Shown in pieces: positions 50,291 through 62,290 of a DNA stretch of 64,000 nt. The DNA lies in assembly GCA_965287045.1 (NCBI GenBank), contig OZ336871.1, positions 24,304,001-24,368,000 on the forward strand. Direction: 5' to 3'. This DNA is from Carcharhinus amblyrhynchos (Eukaryota). Numbering within the stretch: position 1 is the stretch's first letter; each line of letters starts with the position of its first letter. The notes beneath the pieces were generated by a model that saw nothing but the letters and a program-made list of their open reading frames with translations, made no database searches and was not told the origin of the DNA. The position numbers and the translations under genes were made by a program.

Positions 50291-51219
50291 TAACATCTCC
50301 TGCTGTAACATCAACAGAAGATCAGCATCCATCGTAGGGAAATAGCAAACATAGGTTCAAGAATAATGCACGTTGACACCAAGTCACTGGGGGTCTACAG
50401 TTGCCCACCGCAGTTGGGAATGAGGATCAGGAAATCTTGCAATAATATTTGTTCTATATTTACTAACCATTAGCGTCATAGAGATGATTTTGAAGTTATG
50501 TTGTGTTAAATCCATAACAGGAGAAAACAAAAAGTGCAGGTTCTTCTGGGGTTTCTATTTTCAAAGGTTATCTTCAGGTGGTTTGGCTGAAGACTGAGGA
50601 CTTTAATCAGCATTTAGCCTTGACATCAACTGACAGCTCATTCTCACTCACAACTGCAGCAGTCAGAAGAATATCAGAAGTATCTATGTTCAAGACTGGA
50701 AGGAGCGGTTTCTAAATCCATTTCAAAAACAAATTACTTTCTGAAAGTGAGGTACCAGCTGAAAGCAGGGCAGATATTGACTAAATCGGTAGTGTATGGA
50801 AAACAAAATCCTGGAGATGATCGTACTGTCAAAAATTGATTTAAGTTCTGGGGCTTTACAGCCATGTGATCTTTCCTTACAAGAGAGGGTGCAGAATTTT
50901 GAGAAGAACTCTCAAGATTCCTCTCTCCTCAAATAACATTCTTCTGTGAGAAGCAATTAGAAAAGTCAAACATATACATCACATTCTGGAATTGGGAAAT
51001 GAGACTCGCAGCAGTTTGAAGCATATTAAAAGAACTGAATAGATTGGAGTATATTTGATTTTCAGTGTATTAATTATTTGAGCATTTCCTGCCAGCTAAT
51101 TTTGAATAGGGTCCGTCATGAGAGTTGGTTCGACATCCTTGATTCGATTACACAACACATGTGCATTTTCAGCATATTTTGAGATTGGTTAATCACAATT
51201 TGCAAAATAATATGATTAC

Positions 51220-51467
51220 GGCGTGGTGGCACAGTGGTTAGCACTGCTGCCTCACAATGGCAGGGACCTGTGTTTGATTCCTGGCTTGGTCACTGTCTGT
51301 GCGGAGTTTGCACATTCTCCCCATGTCTGCGTGGGTTTTGTCCAGGTGCTCCAGTTTTCTCCCACTGTCTGAAAGATGTGCTGGTTAGGTGCAGCGACTA
51401 GGGGAATTTCACAGTAACTTCACTGCAGTATTAATGTAAGCCTTATTTGTGACTAATAAATAAACTT
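51220..51467 (+). mobile_element. HE1-head SINE with alternative tail
   Basis: Family match by eye. Confidence 0.85.
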
Positions 51468-51573
51468 TGCTCAATGGGAGAGTCAGCAGTAACTGTCATA
51501 GAAAAGTTGCAGCACAGAAGGAGGCCACTCAACCCATCTTGTCCATGCCAGAATCCATTCCCAACGTCTCACT

Positions 51574-51584
51574 CACACACACAG

Positions 51585-51618
<34 letters not shown>

Positions 51619-51622
51619 ACAC
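51574..51622. repeat. (CA)n microsatellite with two GA interruptions
   Basis: Read directly from the sequence. Confidence 0.95.
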
Positions 51623-52869
51623 GTACACTTATTGGTATTTCTAGTGATACTTTGTCCTTAACTGATTTGACAAATGCAACTAAGGAACGTAAGAACATTG
51701 AAACAAGTGCAAATTTTTCATTCTTTCAGTTGGATCAACTCCAATCCCCGATCTGACTTTCATATCTCTGACCCTCCCTCCACTCCACCAGCCCCCCAAT
51801 TTGAAAAACAAATGTATTAATCTCAGGTCTTGTGTGAAAAAGCACTTCCTAGAAAATTGGAGTAGATGTAGGCCAATCGGCCCTCTGAGCCTGCTCTGCC
51901 ACTCATTATGATTGTGGCTGATTATCCAACTCAGTAGCTTAATCCTGTCTTCCCTCCATATATAGATTTGCCTCCTGAATGGACAGCACGTAGCACAGTG
52001 GTCAGCACTGCCGCCTCACAGCTCCAGGGGCCCGTGTTCGATTCCTGGCTTGGGTGTCTTTAATATAATAAAATGTCCTGCGGTGCTTGATGGAAACATC
52101 GGGAAACAAAATATGACACCAAGCCACATGAATAGATATTAGGTCTGATGACCAAAATCCAGTTCAAAGAGTTTCAGGGATGTCTTGAAGAGGCCACCAA
52201 GGATAGAGCAATTAGACTGGGAGATACACAAGGAGCCAGAATTAGGGGAGCACAGCTTTTTGTAGGGTTGTAAGGCTGGCAGAGATGGCTGATTTAGAGA
52301 GGGGAGCCGATGGAGGTTTAAAAACAAGGATGAGAATTCTAAAAATCTAGTTGTAGGCAAACCCGGAGCAACATTGGCCTGCAAATACAGGAGTGAGGGG
52401 TGAACAACACTTAGTATGAGTTTGGACGTGGGAAGGACAGTTTAGGATTACCTCAAATTTGTAGAGGATAGAGTGTAGCAGGCCATGCAGGAATGTATTA
52501 GTGTTGTCAGGTCTGCGGGGTAACAAAGGCATAGATGAAGATTAAGCAAAGGAAGTGCTGGGGCGCGGATGCAGTTGACTGATATTATTAAGGTTGAAAG
52601 GAACAGATATGCTTTTGAGGTGCTGCGATTTGCTACTTCTGATTTGGCTGACCCGTCGTGGTTTAAAGGATCACTCAATTTTCATTCCAGCGAGGATAGG
52701 CGGTGGCAGGATAGAGACAGGCCTAAAATAAAAGTAAAATGCCGCAGGAGTTGGAATCTATAAAGAAAAAACAGAAAATGCTGGTCTGACAGCATCTGGG
52801 AAGAGAATAGTGCCAACGTTTCCAGTCTGGATAACCCTTTATTCAGATCTGCTGATTCCAGAAGCAGTT

Positions 52870-53720
52870 TGGACAGTGGAGAAAGTTATCTCCAATTGCA
52901 ATGGGATCTTGATCAATTGGGCCAGTGGGCTGACAAATGGCAGATGGAGTTTAATTGCGAGGTGACACATTTTGGTAGGTTGAACCAGGGCAGGATTTAC
53001 TCAGTTAATGGTAGGGCATTGAGGAGAGTTACAGAACAAAGAGATTTAGGGGTACATGTTCATACCTCCTTGAAAGTGGAGTCACAGGTGGACAGAGTGA
53101 TGAAGAAGGCATTCGGCATGCTTGGTTTCATCTTTCAGAATATTGAATACAGGAGTTGGTTCGTCTTGTTGACGTTGTACAAGACATTGGTAAGGCCACA
53201 CTTGGAATACTGTGTGCAGTTCTGGTCGCCCTATTATAGAGAGGATATTATTAAACTAGAGAGAGTGCAGAAAAGATTTACGAGGATGCTACCGGGACTT
53301 GATGGTTTGGGTTGTAAGGAGAGGCTAGATAGACCGGAACTTTTTTCTCTGGAGCGTAGGAGGCTGAGGGATGAACAGTGATTATAGAGGTCTATAAAAT
53401 AATGAGGGGCACAGATCAGCTAGATAGTCAATATCTTTTCCCAAAGGTAGGGAAGTCTAAAACTAGAGGGCATAGATTTAAGGTGAGATGGGAGAGATAC
53501 AAGTGTCCAGAGGGGCAATTTCTTCACACAGAGGATGGTGAGTGTCTGGAGCAAGCTGCTAGAGGTAGTGGTAGAGGCAGATACAATTTTGTCTTCTAAG
53601 AAGCATTTAGATAATCAGCTGGATAAGATAAGCACAGAGGCATATGGATTTTTAAAAAAGGATGGCATGGACAAACTGGGCCTGTTTCCATGCTGCAAAC
53701 CTCTGTGACTCTGTGACTCT
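52870..53720 (+). mobile_element. CR1/HER1 LINE 3' fragment
   Basis: ORFs 52869-53381 and 53378-53599. Highly similar to about 43305-44197. Confidence 0.95.
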
Positions 53721-56105
53721 ATTATAGAAGGCCTACTGTGCTACAGAATCCAAGATCTAGAAGGTGGGATTAGATAGGGTATTTCTCTGTTTGCCAGCAT
53801 AGACTCGATGGGACAAATGGCCTCATTATATTTTGCAACTCATTCCATGTTTCATAAAATAAAACCAACTCCTTGATCAAGCTTTTGGTCACCTGTCCCC
53901 AACAGTTTCTTCTGTGATCTAGGCTGGAATTTTCCTAAAAAACTGGGGAAGTGTTAGGTTCTGACTGAAAAACAAAGTGTTTCTCCCCAGACTTTGTCAA
54001 TAAAAGCAAGAAGACGTAATCTGAGGCATCATTCTTGAGAGGCAAGACTCCTGAAGCAGGTTGTATGTGGCCCCAAGTGAGGGTGAGTGATAATGCATTC
54101 TGGTCGTCCTAGTTCTTTTTGAAACTGTTAGGCCTTCTAGCCCTTACTTCTCACCCAGCATGCCCCCTCAATGCCAATTCATACTTCCCATTCATTTCCC
54201 ATGACCTCTCATAGCCCCATGACCCTTCCATGCCACTTCATACAACCAAACACCCTGCTTTGCTACTCTCCCAGTCACAGACCTCAGCAGCCATGCAAAA
54301 ATGAAGAAAACAAACTTCTCACTGTATAATAGTTCTCACCCCTCTGCGCTTAGTACAAATAAATCCCATTCATGAAATCTGTTAAAAGATTTTGTTCCAA
54401 AATCTGTTCCAAAAAAAAGACAAGCTTCTATTCAGTAACCATGTCAAAGACAGTTCAGTTGCCTCTTTAAACTGTTGATCAAAATTTGGTTACCCCAGCA
54501 ACCATCTCCCACCCCCGCAACCCAGTTAGATAAATGCTTTTGTAGCTTTTAATAATGCAGCCAAGCATTCATAATGACCTCAGCTATAATAAAAGCACCT
54601 GGGAAATGTCAACAAAGAACCCTATTGAATCTGCAAGAACAAATACTAATGATTGTTTTTCTGAAACTACATCAGGTGGCCTGTCAAAGTAGGCCAGCAT
54701 AAATTATTTCTTTTTAACTCTAACTGATAGCTTCAGTATGTTTTATTCATGTTTGAAGGGCTAAGGATTTTCAAAAACTGCAGATCATGATACCTTAACT
54801 GGAACTTGTTCACCCTTCAAGAGTTTTCACGTTACTCCATCAATTCAATATTGTAGGTTATCTCCTTTGGAACAACCAGATTCAGGTCTGCTTGAACTCT
54901 GGATCGATTTCAAATGTTATCAGGTTCCCACACCCCATCCCCTCCCATTACCAACAGAGTCGAACCTATTGGAAATGGGGATCTGACTTCATCATCTGGA
55001 CCTGGTCTGCCATCTTTAAATGTCTCTGGAGTTGGCCAACTGCCATGAAAATCCAGCCTTATGTCTACAAGTCTGTGGAATTGGACTTGAATGCATGAGC
55101 CTAAGGTAGAAGAGGAAATGGTACGAATTGGGCCAAGGCTGACACTTGGGTAAGCCTTTCCCGGTAGTGGGATGTATAAAATGTCATGGACATTTCTGTC
55201 TGTCTGCATGTACTGGTATTTTTAAGTTAGGAGTCCATGAGATGAGGAGGAATTTCTTTAGTCAGAGGGTGGTGAATCTATGGAATTCATTGCCACAGAA
55301 TGTTGTGGAGACCAGATCATTGAGTATATTTAAGTCATAGATAAGGTGGGAGAATGGGGTTGAGAAACATATCAGCCATGGTTGAATGGCAGAGCAGACT
55401 CAGTGGGCTGAATGGCCTACTTCTGCTCCTATAACTTATGGTCTAAATGCAACTGAAATTGAACTCTGTAGTTTAGGCTAAACCTCTTTATTGTCTCAAG
55501 TTTGCAGATATAATTGCTTTTCACTCCTCACATCTTAGGTTTTAATTACAGGACTCACATCGCTTATGTTTTCCTCAGAAATAACAAAAACAATTGATCA
55601 TCTGCTCAAATAAAAAGATCAGGTCCTGGATGGCCGCTACCTCTTCAAGCTGATATATGCACATTCTGTAAATCCTCTTCTGTAACCCGAATCTCAAGTG
55701 TGTTTGTGCTTAATATTAATGAGCAAGAAATGAGTTAGCTCCTCTTCATGCCATCACATGAAAGATCTGGCGCAGAGAAACACACAGAAGCCCTCCTGAA
55801 AAACAGAGCCAAGGTGGATTCAACAGAATATCGATGTGTCAACTTTTCAGTCAGCCAGCATCGAGACAGCTTTGCTTTGCCCTTTCTCCCAGAGATTGTT
55901 GTAAATTCTTTTCAGAGCGTAATGCATCATAAACATAAGACTATAATCTTTTCAGATAATTGCGGAAAAATGTTAGCTTGCTTTGTACGTGTAACTCGTT
56001 ATTAAGTTGGCGTTAGGTATTTGGGTATTAGTAGCTGGAAAAGACCATCCAAACCTTTCAGCATACTCTGCCCTTCAGCGCATTGACAATAGCTGCAAGG
56101 TGTGG

Positions 56106-56307
56106 AAATTTGATTTTTATTCTGAGCACTGTGATTATGCAGAAAAAAACAGCAGAAGAAACCAAATCTACTTGGCAGTGCGTGGCTGTCCCATTGTAGT
56201 CATGGCAAACACGACAGACGTGTGAATTGCCGTACTGACATCACAGCTGGTTTGCGTTGGTTAGGAAGATGATGTTGAACATCTGTAGGCTGACAATAAT
56301 TCTACCT
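56106..56307 (-). other. Terminal-exon-like block, paralog C
   Basis: Acceptor ttattctcag, ORF colinear with paralog B, and AATAAA at 56116-56121. Confidence 0.45.
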
Positions 56308-57032
56308 GAGAATAAACTGCGATCTCCACTGGGCCGTGTCATAGTAAAAGCTGTTCTGTTCTTTCCACAGAATTTATAATTTGTTTTATTTTCCCCTTGT
56401 CCCTCAGATGAAAGTTGCAGTTTTTGGCATTTTGATTTGTTCTGCTTCTGGCCATGTCACGTGAGAGGATTCTTTAAAACCGAACTGAGCAAGAACATGA
56501 CTCGTCAATGTTCTGCCGAAAGCATTTTGAGAATTTAGAAGCAGGAAGAGGAACTTCTAAAAAATGTGAAGGCTGACAACATAGATGACAGATCGGCCTA
56601 TGTCTAAAAGGAGAAAGACAGCAAGAAGTCTTACAACACCAGGTTAAAGTCCAACAGGTTTAACCTGGTGTTGTGAGACTTCTTACTCTCTTTACTCCAG
56701 TCCATTGCCAGCGTCTCCACATCATAAGAGGAGAAAGAACAGGCTAATGTTTCCGATTCAGACCCAATCAGACAATAGGGAAAGGTTTTCTTTTTGCACT
56801 ATATGAGGCAAGGTGGATAAGCATCTGTTTAAGATCAGGATTGAAGGAGCCAGAAATAAGGGTAGACATAGTTGATAAGATGCTTAATGGAAGGTCATGA
56901 TTTCTATGCTGATGGGACCATCTAAATGCTGGAAGGGCAAATAATCCAGCATCAAATAAGCAGAAAAGGCCTCGCAGCAGCAGTGGCTGAGTATAAGAAT
57001 GATGCACTGAAGCTCAAAATGCTAAAGAAACA

Positions 57033-57352
57033 ATAGAATCATAGAATCTTTACAGTGCAGAATGAGGCCATTTGGCCCATCAAGCCTGCACTGACAATAA
57101 CCCCATTCTACACTATCTCTGTAACCACACAAGTTTACCCTGCTAGTCTCCCTGACACTAAGCGGCAATTTAGCATGGCCAATCCACCAAACCCGCACAT
57201 CCTTCGGACGGTGGGAGGAAACCGGCGCAGTGGAGGAAACACACGCAGACACGTGGAGAGTGTGCAAACTCTACACAGACAGTGACTCGAGGTCAGAATC
57301 AACCCCAGGTCCCTGGTGCTGGGAGACAGCAGTGCTAATCACTGTGCCACCC
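57033..57352 (-). mobile_element. HE1-type SINE
   Basis: Family match by eye. Confidence 0.85.
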
Positions 57353-57967
57353 TAATAGTTTGACAAGAGAGGGTAAAATTTCCGGTCACAGTAGCTGTGG
57401 AAATTGTTGCGAGCGGGACTATTTAAAGGTCCGTTAATGTCTGGTCTCTGGGTGGGCGCAGATGGAAAACCCCACCCCAGGTTTCCACCCAGAAGATGAA
57501 TCTGACTTTTTATGTTGGATGTGTTTCCATTATTTTTGATTTTTCTTTAGATTTCAGAATATCAGCAGTAACATTTCTTTAATTTGTTTTTTATTACGTA
57601 ATATATGGCTGAGGGTTGCTGGCAATACTCTATGGCTCCAAAGACAGGAGAGATGCCTATGATGTTAAAATATTAAAATTTTCAAATCTGAAATGGATCC
57701 TCTTGTAACCCGCTTCCAATTTTAACACGAATGGGATGGAGGAAAGTAGATTTGCTCCCAGAAGACAGATCACCCAGTTAAATAATTCAATGGGGCTTTA
57801 AGATTTATCTGTTTTTCAGGGTTAACCCAAAAGCTAAGGAGAGAGTTAGCGAAAGAACTCATCAGTTTATCAACATTGCTGGTGGGTCAGTAGAAAGTGG
57901 GGTGATTCTCCTGATAGCCCAAGTAAACCTGTTTACCTCCCTAATAACTGGGCTACACTCCCACTTA

Positions 57968-58650
57968 GTGATCCCTAACCTGCTATCCCCATTATCCCTA
58001 ACCCACTCTCCCCGTGATCCCTAACCCACTCTCCCCGTGATCCCTAACCCACTCTCCCCGTGATCTCTAACCCACTCTCCCCGTGATCCCTAACCCACTC
58101 TCCCCGTGATCCCTAACACACTCTCCCCGTGATCTCTAATCCACTCTCCCCGTGATCCCTAACCCACTCTCCCCATGATCCCTAACCCACTCTCCCCGTG
58201 ATCCCTAACCCACTCTCCCCGTGATCCCTAACCCACTCTCCCCGTGATCTCTAACCCACTCTCCCCGTGATCCCTAACCCACTCTCCCCGTGATCCCTAA
58301 CCCACACTCTCTGTGATCCCTAACCCACTCTCCCTGTGATCCCTAACCCACTCTCCCCGTGATCCCTAACCCACTCTCCCCGTGATCCCTAACCCACACT
58401 CTCTGTGATCCCTAACCCACTCTCCCTGTGATCCCTAACCCACTCTCCCTGTGATCCCTAACCCACTCTCCCCGTGATCCCTAACCCACACTCTCTGTGA
58501 TCCCTAACCCACTCTCCCTGTGATCCCTAACCCACTCTCCCTGTGATCCCTAACCCATTCTCCTCATGATTCCTCACACATTCCCCCCCATGCTCCCTAA
58601 CCTTTTCTCTCCGTGATCCCTAATCTACTCTCCCTGTGATCCCGAATCCA
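57968..58650. repeat. 23-bp minisatellite (CCCTAACCCACTCTCCCCGTGAT)n, about 29 units
   Basis: Read directly from the sequence. Units at both edges are degenerate. Confidence 0.95.
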
Positions 58651-59956
58651 TTTCTTTTACCTTGGGAGTCCTGCTACAGGTGAATATTGTTCGTGGTAAT
58701 TTCTGCACACTTGAGCCCACAGGTTGGCTGTGCTGTCAATCAGTGGGTGGGTCAGTAACCAAAGGCACAGATTTAAGATAACTGGCAAAATAAAACGTTC
58801 AGCAGGGAGATGAGGAGAATTGGGGAGTTGTTACAATCTGCTTGAAAAGGTGGTGGAAGTAGATTCAATAGTCAATTTGAAACTGGAATTGGAACTCCAC
58901 TCAAAAGGTAGACACTTTCAGGGGTAATAAAGTTGCACTGTCAGTGAGTAAGCACAAGCATGGTTGGGGTGAATGGCATCCTTCAATACTGGGTGAGCAA
59001 AGAATCCGCACAGAGAGAGGATATTGCTTTCACCAGCACCAAGAACCCTTATCTTTCCGATTGTAAAATTCGGAATTACAGCAGCAAGAAAGATGGCAAA
59101 TGACCTCGGCAGCTGATCAGGATTAACTTTATTGCTCATTTTAGGTCAGAAGCACTAAGCCTGCTGTTCAGGCTGAAATGCAAATTGAGTTCTGACAAGA
59201 TTAACTGAGGCGGTAATAAATAGAGTGGATTCTTTCATTATAGACCCAGGTTTTTCAGCCAACATTCCATTAGCCTATTCATCAGCAAAAACCTATATTT
59301 ACAGATGACAGAAATTATCCTGAACAACATTAACCTGCATTTCTGTTTAAATGGCTATGTTTATTGTAATGTTACAACCAATAGAATTTCACATTACCAT
59401 CATATTCTTTGCTTGTACACAGATGTAAAAACATGATTTAATGTCGGAATGTCAGAACATAATTAACACTGTGGTTAATGTGAATACATCTTTTTCGAAT
59501 AGCTGCTCGTAAACTATCTTCGAATCAGGAGTCAAGGACGGTCGTATCCAACAACAAAAGAAGAATGATTTGCGTTTATATAGCGCTTTTCACGACCTCA
59601 GGGCTTCCCACAGCCAACAAAGTTTTTTTTTGGATTGTAGTCGATGTATGGAATGAGGCAGTCATAGAATTCCTACATCCCTACAGAGGCCATTCGACCC
59701 ATCAATTCTGCACCGACTACAATCCCACCCCAGGACCTATTCCCCGTAGCCCCACGTATTGACCCTGCTAGACCCCTGACGCCAAGGGGCAATTTAGCAT
59801 AGCCAATCAACCTAACCTGAACATCTTTGGAGCCAATTCCAATCAATTTGCACACAGCAAGATCCCACAGGCTGGAATCAGATTTCGGCCGCAAAATTCA
59901 TTGGCGCAGTATCTTTGTTTCAGATTCAAAAGAATGTCCAGGTTGTAGACATACAT

Positions 59957-60545
59957 TTTGATCTGATTTATTATGATGTGTTGGGATACAGTGAGAAACA
60001 TTGTTTCTTGTGCATTCTACAGACAAAACATACTGTGCATATGTCTGGAATGGGTTAACAGACCTTCTAATTAAATCCTAATTTGATGTCAATTATCCAA
60101 TATAAGTCACTGATATATAAAGGGGCTGCAGGTGGCATTGAGTGTTAGGGAAAGTTGTATGTGGAGTTGCTCCAAAGAAACAAATGAATGTAGTTTTGAA
60201 GAAGCAGAACTTGTGTCTCCTTTAATGAACTGCAACCAGGAGGCTCAAACATCATAGAGTATATTGGGTAGAAAGAAAAGAGAGGGTGAAAAATATACGG
60301 TTTCAGTTACCGATAAGGTGTATATAGAGAGAGAAATCAGTCTGAAATATGATAGGTCCATTCAAAAGTCTGATGGCAGCAGGGAAGAAGCTGTTCTTGA
60401 ATTGGGTCATACATGCGCTCTAATTTCTGTATCTTTTTCTCAACAGAAGAAGGTGGAAGAGAGAATGTCTGGGGTAGGTGGGGTCCTTGATTATGTTGGT
60501 TGCTTTCCTGAGGCAGTGGGAAGTGTAGAAGGAGTCAATGGATGA
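59957..60545 (-). mobile_element. Interrupted Rex1/Babar-type LINE 3' fragment
   Basis: ORF 60420-60620 SIDSFYTSHCLRKATNIIKDPTYPRHSLFHLL. Confidence 0.75.
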
Positions 60546-61509
60546 ATATTTCTGCACATTTTGAATGCAGGCTATGCTAGATGCCCTTTTAGGTGGCTTG
60601 TTTGAGTGGGTGCTGGGCACGTGCTGGAGGTTTGTAGAGAGGCAGTTCAGCCATTTTGTAATACTGATTTGGCTCCAGCAATGTCATTTTCTTTGTCCAT
60701 CTATTGCCCTCCCTTTAACTTTTCACTGTTGAGTATCCTTTTGCCAGCAAGAAGGAACCACTATGATTATTATTAAGAGATTGTCATCAGATCCATTGCT
60801 TGTTGATTTCCACTGAGGTGGTGGTCGTTGTCTACAGGAAGCAGTGTGGTGTGTGGTAAAGGCCTTGGTCCTCACTTCAAGGATTTTGCTCAAACCACTT
60901 GCTTTCAATCATGGATGTGAAAGTTTTTATACCTCTTGGGCTTGCATTATGACAGAATCATAGAAACCCTCCAGTGCAGAAAGAGGCCATTGGCCCACTG
61001 AGGCTGCACTGACCACAATCCCACCAGGCCCTGGCCCCACCCCCACATATTTACCCACCAATCCCTCTAACCTATGCATCTCAGGACACTAAAGGCAATT
61101 TTTAGCATAGCCAATCAACCTAACCCAGGGAGAATCAGCGGAGCCAGATAGAGGATTGACTGCTCAGTGAGGGAAGAGGAAGAAGGATAGAGAGGATTTC
61201 AGCAGAAAAACATAGCAGTGTAAGGTCTTCAGGGAGTAATGTTAGCAAGGAGCAATGTATGCATTTCTCTTGTTTTGCTGATGTGGTGTTCACAGAAATC
61301 CACTACCTGGTACGGACAGACTCCAAGATCAAAGCAGTGGCTGTGAGGGTGACCATTGCTCAGACCTTTCTAAAGATAATGCTGTAGTGTAGTGGAAGGA
61401 TCAAGTTGCAATGGTCTTCTGAATTGTCCCTGTATTTCATGTCCCAGGCCTTCCTCTGATCCATGGGGTTTTGTATGATGCTTTGCCCAGTTACCAGCTT
61501 CCTCCATGT

Positions 61510-62290
61510 CTTTTCTTTTATTCATTAGATGTAGGTTTTGTTGGCTGGGCCAGTGTTTACCACTTATCTTTAATTGCCCTTGAACTGAGTGGCATTTAAG
61601 AGTCAACCATATTGCTGTGAATCTGAAGTCACATAAAAGGCTAGGCCAAATAAGGATGGTGGATTTCCTTCCCTAAAGGACACTAGTGAGCCAGATGGGT
61701 TTTATAACAATTGACAGACTTAATTTGCTATCATTAGACTTTTAATTCTTCTCCCACTGTGCCTGTACCCCCACACTCCCCTCCCCTCCTCCCCTGCAGC
61801 TCAGAGTCCTGTGGTCACCCTCAATACTGCTGCACCTGTGGCAGATTTTTAAGTTACAGTTGTTAAACTCATCAGCATGAGGACTCCCTGCTGAGCTTGT
61901 TAAAGTACGTGAAGTGGGATGATTGCGAGTGTTACACTGAGATGAATACATAAGCATACAAATTAATATCTCACCCATTTTGGGTGCACTCCTCATAGCA
62001 CCTGGGAAATCAGTGTGGTGAGATGGGAATCAGTGCAAAAATGAGCACGATTCCAGTTTTCCCATCACTCCTGATCTTACAACGTCACCTTGACCAAAAA
62101 TGGGTGGGATGAGGTCGTACAATTGCCCCGATAACTTCATTTGTCATCATTGGGACTTTTAATTCCAGATTTTTATTGAACTGAAATTTAGCCAACTGCC
62201 ATGTTGGGATTCAAACCCAGATCCACAGAGCATTACCTTGGGTCTCTGGATTACTAGTCCAATGACAATATTACTCCCGTCATGGTGTCA
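61510..62290 (-). mobile_element. Second-family tRNA SINE split by a Harbinger-like MITE fragment
   Basis: SINE halves at about 61510-61750 and 62140-62290. MITE end at about 62128. Confidence 0.55.

Noticed and set aside
56106-56134. CACAGTG heptamer conserved in both paralog blocks, suggesting a V(D)J recombination signal
   Set aside because: The nonamer-like ATAAAAATC lies only 6 nt away rather than 12 or 23, and no V, D or J coding sequence is adjacent.
997-57285. Recurrent short ORFs such as MQKEAIQP..., AQWLALL... and GHCLCGVCTF as a gene family
   Set aside because: All are translations of HE1-family SINE copies.
57968-58650. CRISPR array or true telomere
   Set aside because: There are no unique spacers and the context is eukaryotic. 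The unit is 23 bp with a single TTAGGG, not (TTAGGG)n.
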